From Octopus vulgaris (lineage: Eukaryota): DNA of 64,000 nucleotides. Both the position numbers and the translations under genes were made by a program. The DNA lies in NCBI GenBank assembly GCA_951406725.2, contig OX597819.1:73966001-74030000 (forward strand), in the 5' to 3' direction. The notes below the pieces were generated by a model, which saw only the letters and a program-made list of their open reading frames with translations, made no database searches and had not been told where the DNA came from. Below, one piece after another: positions 1-15,609 of this stretch (position 1 is the stretch's first letter; every line of letters begins with the position of its first letter).

Positions 1-143
1 TGAATTTCTTCAATCTCTACTCCTGTAATCCAGTCATTCCTACAGATTACTCTTGCTGGACGGATTCTTCAAAACCTCCTTTTTCATCCTATATTCTTTT
101 CACTCGATTCATGAAACCTCTTTATATTTTAATCAGTGTCTCA

Positions 144-184
<41 letters not shown>

Positions 185-248
185 GTCCATTCATAGTAAA
201 CAAATATCAAGATGAAACTTCGTTTGTTATTTACTTTTTATTTTTCAT

Positions 249-1495
249 ATGGTCCAGTCTGTGCGGATTTTCTCCAATGATATTAAGATGGAGTTTGGAC
301 TCTCAAAATGTGCTACGATGGTGATGAGTCTAGGAAAGCTTGCCAGGACGGAAGGCATATGGTTAACAAGTGGTGAAATGATGAAAGAAATTCAACCTCA
401 ATCCAGCTATAAATACCTGGGAATACTTGAGGCAGATGGAATCAAACAGTAAGACATGAAAGAAAAGACAAAATGAGAGTACCTGCGGCGAGTGAGAAAA
501 ATATTGGTTTCAAAGCTGAACACCAGGAACAGAATTTCGGCAATAAACTCGCGTGCAGTCGCAGTATTTCGCTATTTCATCGGAATCCTGAAGTGGAAAG
601 AAAAGCAGCTAAAGGAGATGGGCAGGAAATCAAGAAAGCTCCTAATGATGCATGGAGCCCATCATCCACGTGCAGACACTGATCGCCTATACATGAAGAA
701 AGCAAATGGAAGAAGGGGACTGATAAGTGTGGAAGACTGCGTGCGTATCGAACACAAGAGCTTAACGGGATACCTAGCCCAAAATAAGGAATACATGAAG
801 GCTCATAAGTAGAAATCCCTGGTAAACACGAAAAGTTAGTTCAGCTATTCAATGAGATTATGAGAGATCCCCCCAAAACATCTGGTTGGTTAGCAAGTGG
901 TATTACTTACATACTCCCATAGAATAATGAAACCAAATTAAAAACAAAACAAAACAATAAACTATAGGCTCATAACCTGTCTATCTACCACGTATAAAAT
1001 TTTAACATCCATCCTCATGGAGAAAACATGCGCATTTATGGAACAGAAGGATACTTTCCCCACTGATCAAAAAGGGTGCCGAAAAATCTCATATGGATGC
1101 CAAAATAAACACCTTATCAATTGCATGATCCTTAAGAATCGTAAAATCAAACGCAGAAATTTCAGTTCTGCATAGATTGATTATAAAAAGGCCTTTGACA
1201 GCAAACAACATTCAGTCTGTTTATTGATTGACATGAGCATACCTTGTGATCATAATATCTCGGCAAAAGAGAAGATATAAAGCTCGGAAGATATAAAGAT
1301 TTGCTGATCGAAATCGAAAGAATGTGGCATCTCAAGTCAGTTGCAATACTAGAGATTGTAGAAGCACTTGGAATGATAAAAAAAGGAACGGAAAATTATT
1401 TGAGGATGACTCCTGGCTTACCATCCATGCAAGAAGTGCAAAAAATTGCCTTCAATAGATGTCACACGTATTGAGAAGAGCATTGGCGCTGTGAA
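249..1495 (+). mobile_element. Decayed, rearranged Dong/R4-clade non-LTR retrotransposon fragments (RT thumb, RT core, REL endonuclease)
   Basis: Translation gives FGLSKCA..YKYLGI..LNTRNRISAIN..HHPRADTDRLY (249-810), NYRLITCLSTTYKILTSI..QKGCR..IDYKKAFDS (~880-1205) and VCLLIDMSIPCDHNISAKE..IEIERMWHLK (~1215-1495). The last matches the REL domain of the element at 25392-26348. Stops and frameshifts are present. Confidence 0.8.
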
Positions 1496-1578
1496 TTTTC
1501 TATCCTCCCACTTTATTTTCTGTTTTCTTTTTTCATTTATTTCCTATTTTTTCTTTACTTTTTCTTTCTTTTTTCATT

Positions 1579-1656
<78 letters not shown>

Positions 1657-1819
1657 CCTTTTGTATCATATGGCTTTGCAAAAGAACAATCTGGTGTGTT
1701 TATTCTAATGGCCTAGTAACCTATTCAATGAGTTTCTTTGTGCTAGGTGTCGGGAAGACACTCGGCAAGAAATGGAAGCAAAAATTGAAAGACGAGGCAA
1801 ATAATTGTGGTAATAATCC

Positions 1820-2165
1820 TTTCTACTAAAGACACAAAGCCTGAAATTTGTGGGGAGGAGACCAATCAATTACATCCACCCCAGTACTCAGCGGTACTTA
1901 TTTTATCAAACCCGAACGGGTGAAAGGCACAGTCGACCGCGGTGGCATTTGAACCCAGAACGTAAGGACGGACGAAATGCCGCTAAGCATTTTATTCGGC
2001 GCGTTAAATAATGATGATAATAATAATAATCATTTCTCCTATAAGCACAAGGTCTGAAATTGTGGGGGAGGGGACTTTCGATTACATCGACCCCAGTGTT
2101 TCACTGATACTTAATTTATCGACCCCAAAAGGATGAAAGGCAAAGCCCATCTCCGCCGATGGTTT
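1820..2165 (-). mobile_element. Two tandem tRNA-derived SINE copies (octopus-type)
   Basis: Reverse complement matches the SINE at 7079-7295 (gtcgac..cctttca.c..ttcggg..gataaa.taagtacc; ctggggtcgat). Confidence 0.75.
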
Positions 2166-2187
2166 CAAATGTTGGTACAAGTGTGTG

Positions 2188-2235
<48 letters not shown>

Positions 2236-3279
2236 GGTGGGCTTTTGTGAGGAGTGGTTTGGTGAAGTGTAATCGAGTTTGTGGGTTCAATACTTGTTTA
2301 GGGCGACGTTCTTGTAAATACAGATGCCAGAATGGATTTAGATTTTGAGTAAGAACGCAAATATATGATAGGAAGAAGATAATTAATAATGATGGATGAC
2401 GATGACTGTCTCTCATTACAATTCAATGTTAGTCATTCATAAAATGAAAGAAATGTACTATCAATGCTCTCTTTCTCCCCCTCTCTCTTCCCCTCTCTCT
2501 CCCCCTATCTCTTCATCCTTTCTCTCTCCCTCTCTTACTATCTCTTTTCTCACCCTCTCTTTCTCGCACTGGTATCGTTTTCGTGAACCATTTCTTATTT
2601 TCAGATTCTACATCACACTATTTTATCAACGGAATTTCCAAGCCATATAAACTGTACTGTCAACTAATAGATTATGTGACATATCTGTTTTAATTATGTG
2701 ATAATTACGGATTTAGTTGCTCTAATTGTTATGTAATTACTGTTGCCATAAAGTATACAGGCAAAGCGACGCATGCTTTAAATTCGAATTTTTATCATCT
2801 TAAAACATTTTTATATCTTTTTATATCTTTAAACATTACAACAAAATAAAATAAAATAAAAGTGAGCTTGTAGAAATTTAGAGTTTTAATTCCATATTCA
2901 CTAGTGTCATGTGTCAGCACATGCACATACACGCAAACATACACAAACACACAAATTATTACACACATACACACAAAAACAAACATACACAAACATACAA
3001 ATACACGCACAAGTAAATACACATACAAACATACTAAAAACAAACACATACAAATGCATACATACAAACAAGGAAACATGCATACATACAAACGCACATA
3101 CGGACAAACGCACACTCATACAAATAAACACACACACATCCAAACATACACACATACATATAAACACACACACACATAGCATACACACTCACAGACACAC
3201 AGACACACACATAAACATACACACATGCACACACACATACACAAACACGTACACACACACATCTACGAAGTGATTCGAT

Positions 3280-3488
3280 CAGTGGTTTTCAACCTTCTTA
3301 ACATCCGGGTCAGATCTCAAACCCGAAATTTTTCATGGGGCTTCCCTTGCACCCCACCTTCCAAATGGAAACACAAGTCAATTAAAGAAACAATTATATA
3401 TATTTGTAGAGGATGGACCACCGGGGTTCCACCGGAATGATGCTTGGGGGTCGCATGAAGCCTTGGAAGCCGCAATTAAGAACCGCTG
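3280..3488. mobile_element. hAT (Charlie-like) MITE
   Basis: Imperfect terminal inverted repeats cagtggttttcaa / ttaagaaccgctg. Flanked by related 8-mers gattcgat / gtttagat, a degenerate TSD of NTCTAGAN type. Confidence 0.6.
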
Positions 3489-4644
3489 GTTTAGATCCTG
3501 GATTCTGAACCCGGAATTGAAACCACAGCTAAGGCCGGCTCAAGGTACTGGCAACTCGGGCAGTCGACCGGGGCGCCAAGGAGGGCGTGACAAAGACAAA
3601 GACATTTCCATGAGCGCCAGCTTGTACACGCTGAAGTTCAGCTTGCTCGGGTGACCAACAACCGTAGGGCCGGCCCTAATCACGCTTCAATGTTTCTGCA
3701 AGAATCTTTCCTTTGTTCTTAAGAATTTGCTCTCAGAGATCTAAGAGACTTAACCGTCAACTTCTTGACCATTATGGATCAAGTTCAGCTTTGATAACCC
3801 ACGAAATATCCATTGTTACTGAGACCACACAGCTGCACTCAGATCCATTCACAGTTCTGAACGCTGTTCAATCCCCACACGGTGTACATCTCCACAAATT
3901 CGTTTCATTTCGCCTATAATCAAAAGCTCACAGGGTGGTGGGAAGTACTGATGTAATTAGATCCTGAATTCTGAACAAGGCGCAAGTTTCTTTCCTTTGT
4001 TCTCAAGACTTTGCAATCAGAAATTTATGAGATTCAGCTGTCAACTTGTCACTGTGGGCCAAGTTCAGCTACGAACACTAAACAGAATCCCCCTTTTTTT
4101 TTGGTTCGGCGCCTGTAGCAGAAGTTAACTTTCCTGCTTTCTTTTCTCAACGCTGTCGGACAGTTAAGATGCGTCCCTAGCTCTTTACTCCGTGGCTATC
4201 ACAGAGGTAACATACCTCTTTTATCCTCTCAGGTGAATTCTCTTAGTTTCTCTTTCTCCTTTTCCTTTGACCATTTAATAGTATACTACAATGACCAAAG
4301 ACATCTATACTAGCGACACCAGAACTACAACTGACCCCTATGTGTCAACAACAACACGAAGCTCTTGTTTGTCTCGTAAACGGTAAATAAAAGTTATGTT
4401 AACTACGATATTTCTTCTGTTATCCGTTTCCATTTTCTATAGACTATGAATTTTACCAACACTTCGGCCGTCTCAGTTTTATTAATCTTCATCAGCATCT
4501 TGACCATAACATCCTGATAACCTAAAAAGTATTTTTAAACAATTTCACAAAGAAACAAATGATGAAGAGGAAGTTTGTAAATTGTATTTTCCGCGTATTA
4601 TAAACAGCATATTTTTATACAAAGAGTTTTAATATTCGGATAAA

Positions 4645-5570
<926 letters not shown>

Positions 5571-5840
5571 AAACATGTCACACTCCTACGTAATTTTGCA
5601 CACAATCCTGCCACACACGAACCCCGTCACTTGGATATTATGTTGCCATGCTTTTTGCTTCACCAATATCTTCTCCCTTCATACTCGCATCCCACCCACT
5701 TTCACCTCTTCGAATGCATGCTTTCGTATTATCCACCTTACGATTACACACATACACACACCATACACCAACACGCTAGTTTCTAACTTTTCGCCCGATT
5801 TTTCTTCTCTCTCTAGTTCTCTCTCTCTCTCTCTCTCACT

Positions 5841-5881
<41 letters not shown>

Positions 5882-6124
5882 TCTATCACTTGTTTTCTCT
5901 CTCTCACTTGTTCGCTTTCTCTCACCCTCTGCTTTTCTCTTCAAATGAAGTGCTAACCTCCGAAATGTCAATACATTTTCTCTTTCCATTGAAAATGTAA
6001 AGCTTATTTCTTACTCTTTATTCCTCCAGTGTTCTTTTCTATTGTTCATTGTATTTACACCCAATTATATTATTAGAGGATACTTATACATAACAATCTA
6101 CATCCCCCACACACCCACAGATAG

Positions 6125-6155
<31 letters not shown>

Positions 6156-6457
6156 TGTATGTATGTATGTATGTATGTATAATGGCTGAGCTCCCCATCG
6201 TTTGCCGAGTAATTTTGACGATAGAATGTCTCTCGGCGGACTTTCAGAGCAGCACATCCTCATAAATTGGATTTTCTCTGTCTTGACGGGGATTTTTCAA
6301 ATATTTTCCCCACCACACCCTTGCAAAGATTGTGGGGAAGCATTTTATGGAAAAATTGTTTGAAAATTTACGAATTTCCCATTTTCATGCTTCCGGACCG
6401 ATTTTGTCCCATTTTGGGCACTTCGCACTTAAAAACAATGGGAGATGTATTTTTCGC

Positions 6458-6501
<44 letters not shown>

Positions 6502-7078
6502 TTTTTGAAAATTTATAAATTTTTCAAATTCCCTCTCCACTTCCACTCCGTACAGATTTTGATCAATTTTTGCCCTACGCACTTAAAAACAATGGGAGTT
6601 GTATTTTTCGCTAATAAATGAATGAATAAATAAATAAAGTTTTTGAAAATTTATGAATTTTTCAAATTCCCTCCCCACTTCCACTCATTACAGATTTTGA
6701 TAAATTTTTATACTACGCTCTTAAAAACAATGGGGAAAGCATAGGTGGTTTAAAAAATTATTTTGAAATCGGTATCACCATTAAAATCTCCACTTTCTTT
6801 ATTTTCAAATAAAAATGAAACGCAATTTAAAAACAATAATTAAATCTCCTAATTAACATTCTTCATAAATCCTAAAATTTCAGCTTTTTTTAAAAAATTT
6901 CTTTTAAAATACATTGAGTCGGAATCTGCAATTCGTTTATATTTTCAAAATAATTTTCAGACAAAAAGGTGCTTGATTTAAGGGAGCTTTAGCTGCTGTT
7001 TCTACCACATCCCATGATCACCTAATATCTTCTTCGGTTCTTTGTCACTCTAATGTTTTCAATAGTTTTCTCTCCAAA

Positions 7079-7295
7079 GGCGGTGAGATGGCAGAAATGT
7101 TAGCAAGCCGGGCGAAATGCTTAGCAGTATTTCGCCTGCCGCTTCGTTCTGAGTTCAAATTCCGCTGAAGTCGACTTTGCCTTTCATCCTTTCGGGGTCG
7201 ATAAATTAAGTACCAGTTGCGTACTGGGGTCGATCTAATCGACTGACCCCTCCCCCCCAAATTTCGGACCTTGTGCCTATAGTAGAAAAGAATAT
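7079..7295 (+). mobile_element. Full-length tRNA-derived SINE (octopus CORE-type)
   Basis: Pol III A box tggcagaaatgttag and B box gagttcaaattcc, followed by a non-tRNA body that recurs in the window. Confidence 0.85.
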
Positions 7296-8244
7296 TTTTC
7301 TCTCCATAAACACATTTTATGGAATGATGATGCGGTGGTCCATTGCTGGGATTTAAGCAACAACAAAAAATTGTAATTTTAATTTTAGACCCCACTCCGT
7401 ATTAACCGAGTTCGTCGCGCGCGCGCGCGTGCACATTTGTGTGTTAGTAAGAAAAAAACCTCATTTACTAACTGAAAAGTATACAATTAAAATAAATCAT
7501 CTTTTACATAACTTTAAAATCATTCTGTCGTCCTATTGAAATTCCGTTCGCACATGCATACACAAGCACTGACAAACACGTACACACACATACACACATT
7601 CAGCATGAGCGGTATTCTGTATAAAGAGCGAAAGTATGGTAAAAATGTATAGAGAGGGGAAAAATTTATCATGAAAAAAAAAGCGAAAAGATAAGATATA
7701 GACAGAGATCTTTTCTGCTACTGTCACAGATTTTGAAATTTTGGGATTAAGTGAAAATATTCAAATTCGCTGCATCGATATACTTTTTCATGTTGTGATT
7801 CATTTATTCCAGAAAGAATTTATAAAATTTATAAAAATGATCAAAGCTTAAAAGTTTGACATTTTTATCCAATCAGAAAACAGGATTTGTGTGTTGTCAT
7901 AGATGTGATAAACAGGAAGTGAGCATTAAAATACGAGGTTTGAAACAAAATGAAAGCAATGCATGAAAGCTAATACCTATAGAAAGAGGGAGAGAAAAGA
8001 GAGAGCAAGCGAGAGAGAGAGAGTGACAGAGAAATAGAGTGTGGTAAATAACGGATAGATTCGTAGTGACAGATAAAGAGTGAGAGAGTTGTCGATCCAA
8101 AAGTTGAGTCATTTCTTGTGGAAAATTATATTTTTTATTCTTGTCTTTGGGACGCAGATTTTCTAAATTAAATTCTCTCCAGGATGCATCTTTTCAGAGC
8201 CTTTCAGGACAAAACACACATATATAACCACATTTGTATGTATG

Positions 8245-8285
<41 letters not shown>

Positions 8286-8425
8286 TCAATAAAATATGGA
8301 TAATAACCTCATAACGTGCATTTCAAAGCAACCTGCCTAATGAAGTGCCGGTACTGTTTAATCATATTTAGTTGTGCAATTATAAATAAAATGTTATGGT
8401 ATGTGTAGGGACAAGCGAACACACA

Positions 8426-8477
<52 letters not shown>

Positions 8478-8489
8478 CACGCACACATA

Positions 8490-8632
8490 TACGACGGGAT
8501 TCTTTCAGTTTTCGTGTACCAAATCCACTTATGAGGCTTTGGTCGGCCCTAGGCTATAGTAGAAAACACTTGCCCAAGGTGCTAAGGTGTTGGTAAGCAA
8601 GCTACTTACCACACAGTCACTCTTGCGCCTAT
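8490..8632 (-). mobile_element. SINE fragment of a second family; related copies at ~9115-9270, 16497-16635 and 55915-56035
   Basis: Shared motifs ctttcagtttcc..caaatccact, gctatagtagaa.acacttgcccaagg and gcaagct.cttaccac. Confidence 0.65.
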
Positions 8633-8636
8633 TGTG

Positions 8637-8719
<83 letters not shown>

Positions 8720-8927
8720 CGCGTGTATTTGTGTGTGAGTGAGTGAGTGGATAAACGAAAGGAAAAGGGCACTCAACACATTTAGTTGGAATTACATGTA
8801 TTATCGAAAATAGTTTGACAGAGCCCGACACACTGCGAAATTTGAAGTAGCATGGAAAACGAATCAAACTGTTTTAAATAATATATCTTACACACACACA
8901 CACATACACACATTACACACACACACA

Positions 8928-8980
<53 letters not shown>

Positions 8981-9720
8981 GCTCTAACAACACACCCCGG
9001 CATGCCCCTTGTATTATTTGTTCGTTTCTTATGAGCAGATTCGGCACACGAGGAGAATGAAGCAACTAACACTTTTTTTATAAACATGTTTTACAGTCAT
9101 TTTCTGGTGAACAACGCGGCAGTTTCCATCTACGAAATTCAGTCACAAGTGTGTGGTTGACCTAGAGCTATAGTAGAAAAAACTTGCCTTAGGTACCATG
9201 CAGAGGGACTGAACGTGGAACCATGTGGTTAGAAAGCAAAATTCTCAACCACACAATCATTCTTGCACTTAATATGTGTCTGTGTGCATGTTTATATTTG
9301 TTGTTAAATCGAGTATTGTGTCCCACTAAGTCTCAAAGTTAGCAGTTCATCACGTAGAGATCTATAAAATAAATGCCAGATTGAAATACGTACAGAGGTC
9401 AGTATGATCAATTAAATTTTTAAAGGTGACACCCCATCATGGCGACAGTCGAAAGACTAAGCCCAGTAAATAATGTTTAAAGACTTAATGGCTTCAAAGT
9501 TAATGTAATGGATTACTAACCACAAGATAATGAGTTCAAAACTTCGTATTGAACTTCCACTCAATACGATAACCTTATATGTATATCTCAGTCTTCTTGA
9601 CTTGCAACAATTTACAATTGTAATTTGAAGTTGAATGGTTAGCAGTAAGAAAGATGTCCAGATTTCTTTAAAAATTATTGTGCGAAATATTGAGTGAAAT
9701 TATTTTTTTTCACGACAACG

Positions 9721-9762
<42 letters not shown>

Positions 9763-10151
9763 GATCATGGAAACCTGACAGGGTAGATCTAATTCGGAAA
9801 TATAACAATGACTACATTCTGTGTATATATTTATGAATACGATGTTGTGCATGCTGTTATATCCTTGTGTGTGTCTATTTCCTCATTATTATAACTGTCT
9901 CCCTAAAAATGGTCTCCCAGTAAACTGCCGCCCTAATTGGTGAAGGTCTCTCAATGTAGGATGTCTCAACCCTCAGAAAGAGTGAGCGCAAGAGTTCGGC
10001 GTCTGAACACTTAAAGCTAGCTCTGTCTGATATTATAACGAAACAACTTAATGAATTACTAGTAAGGATTCTGGGCTGAAACATTAGTTTCTATGGAAAC
10101 AAACAATAAATGCCTCAAATATTTGTCTGACATGTGACTATAATTGTACGC

Positions 10152-10215
<64 letters not shown>

Positions 10216-10857
10216 TATTGTATGTTTCATATGTTTATGAGTGGATTTACCATTTTGATGACTATTTTAACAATCAGTTTAGAAAATTGATAAAACAACC
10301 GGATTTCCCAGTCACTTGATAAAAACAAATACACATTTCTCCCACACTTAAAAACATCATTGTGTATTTCTACTAAATCAAGTTTGTGTTTATTAAGGGT
10401 TTCTAAGATGGGGGTATTCTGACTGGTAAATCATCGATCAGGGACTCAGATAGTTAAGAACGATTCCAGACGGATTCTTTCACAGCAATGATTTGCATAA
10501 ATATTTCCCAATAATTAATGTTAATAGTAGATATTCTTGGGACAAAACATCGATAGGAGAATTGCGATGATTCAAATCTTATTTACACGCCAAGAAGGAA
10601 TGGAACAAGGGACAAAATAGGAACAATATAGTCAATATAGTAAGGATATTTCAAACATATTGTAACGAAGTTGTAATCCACTAATATAGCAAAATAAAAT
10701 ATAACACAAACAATAAAATATTGGCAGTCTGATATTAGCAATTTATTGTTTCCATACAAAAATACAAATATTTCTCATTTATATAATGAATAATAAAAAT
10801 GATGTCGCCGTATATATATATATATATACATGAAAGTACTACAGGTGTAGTACATCG

Positions 10858-10937
<80 letters not shown>

Positions 10938-10943
10938 CATACA

Positions 10944-11009
<66 letters not shown>

Positions 11010-11415
11010 ATATGTATTAAGGATCAAAAAATTATCAAATGGAATAGAAAAATAAATTATTTCTAAAATGAACAAAATAACTTAGATATAGGTATGTATA
11101 TATAAATATATATATATATAGAATGATATGTCAGTCCAAATGGTGTAATACCAATAACATCGATGTAACACAATATTAAATATTTATTTCATAAAGGAGA
11201 AATATATATATTGTTTACGATTATAAATGTGATAAGAAAATATAAGATAAAAATTAATAGAAATATTGGTATTTAACGATTAATATAATCGTCGATATAA
11301 TTATTAAGTGGTGAAGCTAAAACACTTCTACAAAATTGAAACGATACACTTGTATCCGATTTTTCTCTAACTGAGATTGGTTCTACAAATATTAAAATAT
11401 TATAACAGGAATTAA

Positions 11416-11698
11416 TTACATAAAGGATTCTAGAGTATTTTGAATGTGGTTTATATTTTCATGAAGTGCATGGAGTGTAATTATGGTAAACCATCGCTGC
11501 TTGGTTATTGGCACATCGTCCGGTAGCAAAAGACTGTCATCCACTTCGACATTTTGTTTGATGTTTGAAAATATCTGAAATATATGAAAAGATTATTGTA
11601 AATCAGGAATAAATATTATTTGATATTAACATACATACGGGCACACACAGACACACAGTCACAGACACACAGTCACACAGACACAGACACACACAGAC

Positions 11699-11740
<42 letters not shown>

Positions 11741-11884
11741 ACACACACGTAACGAATTTTGCCAACGAGGCTTTCAGTCCACACAGTATAAAGCTAAATG
11801 TATGTATATATGTGTGTATGTGTGTGTACGTGTGTACGTATACATACATACATGCATACATACATACATACATACATACATACA

Positions 11885-11915
<31 letters not shown>

Positions 11916-14209
11916 GAAATCCTACACGGAAGAGATACAAACATGGCAAATGAAACTATTTCACCCTAGATTCAATACTATAAAGACATTTACAGACACG
12001 CACTGTGTATCACATTTCCTAATATTAATAATGTACATACACGTTATATATGAAACTTATTACTAATAATAATTATATAAACACACATATATATATTAGA
12101 TATAACATTTAGATAGAGTAAATTATATTGTCAAATTAGAACGGTTAAAAATTATTCTAATTGTAGTAATTACTTGAAATAATTAGACATTCTACATTGA
12201 TTACAATTCTACGCATTGTTGTCAACTTCATAGCACCATATAAATAAGGAAATAGCGGATGGCGTAACCTGATTATCGTCTGCACGAAATATTTTACGAC
12301 ATAAATCATAGGAGAAAAACCCTAAAGAGAAGTTGTAATCTCATGGTAACTATAAAACGCAAGATTGCTTTGAAATGATTTTATATTTCTCCAAAGGAAT
12401 CTAAAGAATAGACCCATTGATCTTTGATAACAGTTTCTTTTCTACGAGTAATATCTAAAATATTTCGATAAACATGAGAATTGTTTAGTGCCATCATATT
12501 GAATAGGGCATTTATCTACATTCATTTTACGTGAGGAAATAAAAGAGAAATCGCGTGAATATTCATCTAGAAAAATATATTACGATAATAATACTTACCG
12601 GTGAATCCAGAAAAAGTATCGTATCAAACAGGTAAGAAAGTGTTTGTTTTAAGTAACAATAAAATATGGCATCAGATATGGGAGTGAATTTAGAACAGGC
12701 AGCGGGATAATGACATTTTGTCGGTATACGTTTGGCAGGGGCACACAGATGGTCATATTCTTTTTCCGTCTGATTCTCCAACACAGTAACATATTTCCTG
12801 AGGGTTGCAGACATATTGGATAGAGCAATCTGTAACAAAGAATTGTGAGAAGCATGAATTTTATTCGACACTGATTGAGATTTCTTATAAAATATAGAAT
12901 CGAGTTTAGATAGAAAGTGTATAAACATTTTAAAAAAATGTGTTTGATAATATGTCCATACCTTGACTAAATCTGTCTGCGCGATGGTGATATTGTCTTG
13001 AATGGAGAGCTGAGGGAATGTAAGTCCCGTCTGGTTGAGTAGCATATGAATAAAGTGAGGACAGCTTACCGCAGATGCTAATTGAGTGTTGTGGCACTGT
13101 AGAAAAACACGTGACATATTAGGCGTCTGAGATTTGGACAGATAGGATTAGAAAACAACGGAGTAGAAGTCCGTTTACACTGAACTAATAGTTACAAATA
13201 TTGATCTTTATGAGAACTTTATTAATTATTATGTGGGTAGTATGCTAAGTAATATATTATTGGAGTGGTATAAGAAGTAGTAATAATGATGATGATGATG
13301 ATGATGATGATAACAATATCAAGTATAACAATAATAATTACAATAATATATGAACACATAAATGTAAACTTACAAAAGAGTGCAAAGTAGTGTTCACAGC
13401 TACTGAGGCCTTGCGAGCCATATCCAGTTGAGCTTTTATGTTACTTATTGGTATCGCTGTAGGTTTTATCGATGCTCCCTGGATGAATGAAGTCCAGACT
13501 GAGATACACAGGACCAATATATATTGCCAGTCTACGGGAAAATAGAAAAAAGTACCATTAAGGAACATTTAGAAGGAAAGGGAGACATTGAAGGAATTGT
13601 TATTATTAAAAAGAAATACTTCGTTAAGTCACTGTTAGTTTCTCACGTGTAGTAAACAATGAGCTGAACATTTTGGAACTCAATAAACGATATTCACAAA
13701 TATTTAACATAGTTCCACTAAATATAAACCATAAGTTATTGTGTAGTGTGTTAAAGAGAAGTGAATAGATACTTGGCTGAGTGGAAGAAGGCCACGTTTT
13801 AAGTGTTTTGTTGTTTTGTTCTGCAAAAGTAATTGAGTGCGATAATTAAATAATAGAAATAAACACAATGTACTGCACTGCAATGGTTGTATTCAGTTGA
13901 GATAAAAATAGGAATATTCAATTTAGGGAAACATGCGATATCTTATATATCACAGGAAAGACGAGGCTATTTAAAACCCACTTATATAGATAGATAAATA
14001 GATGCATAGATAGATAAATAGGTAGACATATATACGCATATATGTGTGTGCATGTGTTTCATTGTCCATCCCACTTCAGTGACCTAGAGAATAAGCACCA
14101 AGCATTCACAGATAAGTCCTCGAGTTGGTACATTCGACTAAAAATTCTCAATGTGGTGCCACAGAATGGCCTCAGCCTAGTGACAAAAACAAGTAAGAGA
14201 TAAAATACA

Positions 14210-14271
<62 letters not shown>

Positions 14272-14584
14272 GTACGTATGTATGTATATATGTTTTTAAA
14301 TATAAATATGTATGTATCAATATAATACCGACTTCATACTTACAGTTATTCATTTTGTACTATCTTCGTTTCAAAAAAATTTAAGCGAAAGTCAGGTTGT
14401 AGCTCCTTTGCTTGTTTCGAAATTGTGTTCATGTGACGATGAAATATCAGCTTATATAGTCGTTTAATCACTCATAGTTTTGGAAAATCCTTTCATATGT
14501 GATGACCTCCATGAAGTGGCTGAGAGTTATCGACTTCCTTTATCTATTGTCTAAATTTAGTTTATGAAAATTGTTAGCTTTCAT
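11416..14584 (-). CDS. Copy A: secreted four-helix cytokine-like protein, 233 aa; exon-1 donor mutated, possible pseudogene
   Basis: Exons 14584-14566 (MKANNF), 13531-13374, 13096-12962, 12829-12599 and 11574-11416 (TAA). Introns 2-4 are GT-AG and in frame. Intron 1 begins AT (ataaact) where the paralogues have gtaaact. Confidence 0.75.
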
Positions 14585-14754
14585 TTGTGGCGGAAGTTTA
14601 ATCTTGCTTTTATATGTAGAGAGTCATGGTTATGTTTATATATGATCAAACGTATGAAAGCGTGGTGTTTTATAAATTCTCCATAAAAAGTAGCAAAAAT
14701 TATTTCTTGTCGTATACATACATACGTACATACATACATACATACATACATACA

Positions 14755-14779
<25 letters not shown>

Positions 14780-14787
<8 letters not shown>

Positions 14788-15520
14788 GTGATACTTCATA
14801 TAAGGTGAATTCAAAATAACCCATTATTAGGTTCGCAAGAATAGGGGCTACTTTCGTTCCCATCGCAATTTCGCACTGCTGACGACAGTATGTGACATCA
14901 AATAGGATCTAATTGTTCTGAAGTATAAATTTTAAAGATTCAATAATAAAGATCTGATTTATGCATTCCGGGAGTATTTCGGGGTACGTTTCCAATCAGA
15001 ATTTAATTGCTTATATTCCATAGTCATGTGGGATGTTGGTGTAAAGATTGATAATATCGAGGGTAACCAATATAGCCTCTTATTTAATTGTTTTTGTTAG
15101 GTGTTCTAGCTTGTCTAACTCGTCTCTAATGAAACTTTTGATGTATTTCAGTAATGGTTTCAGTAGGATGTCTAGAAAAGTGCTTAGGCGGTGGGTTTCA
15201 CAGGCTGGCCCAGCTACAATGGGTCTTAAAGTTAAGTCTTCTGGCGTTTGGATATTTATGTATTTACCTGGTGATTGTTTGCAGGCTTCATTGACTATCT
15301 AGCTCTTGTGTATTTTAGGAAGGCCATAAAAAAGACTGGGTTTACATTTGAAGTTCGTGATGTTGTGTTTCTTTTTCTGTCAGGCCTTTTCCATGTAGAA
15401 GAATAAAGGATGCAAGGTTTTTCATTGTTTTTTGTTGTTTATAGTTTATAACTTTTTCGTTGAAGGCCTCGTTTTCTAATAAGGATAATATGAAGTTTTT
15501 ATAGTGTTCTGCATCCAAAG
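14780..15520 (-). mobile_element. Penelope-like element reverse transcriptase fragment (decayed)
   Basis: Minus strand translates FYGLPKIHKS..LRPIVAGPACETHRLSTFLDILLKP..LVTLDIINLYTNIPH..IAMGTKVAPILANLIMGYFE, which are typical PLE RT motifs. In-frame stops are present. Confidence 0.85.
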
Positions 15521-15609
15521 CGAAACCGGTTGATATGTTAAAAATTATATTAAAACTATGTAAAGTGTATGTATTTTCTCTTTTAATTTCTTATATATAT
15601 AAGGTTGAA

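Noticed and set aside
2795-3273. Many overlapping ORFs rich in HT/CV/YI/LSIY repeats here and throughout (for example 18120-18510, 26639-27163, 54982-56432)
   Set aside because: They are translations of (CA)n, (TA)n, (TATG)n, (TCTA)n and (TTA)n microsatellites, not genes.
7079-7165. tRNA-like A and B boxes
   Set aside because: No complete cloverleaf; the sequence continues into a SINE body that is repeated in the window.
9875-10092. Non-repetitive minus-strand open frame preceded by an acceptor-like ttccatag
   Set aside because: No recognisable motif or partner exons in the window; insufficient support for a terminal exon.
12563-13117. The 184-aa [14 protein letters not shown].. as a single-exon gene (also 45860-46414)
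   Set aside because: It spans exon 3, intron 3 and exon 4 of the spliced gene. The paralogues are disrupted only within the intron, and the ORF ends include splice signals.
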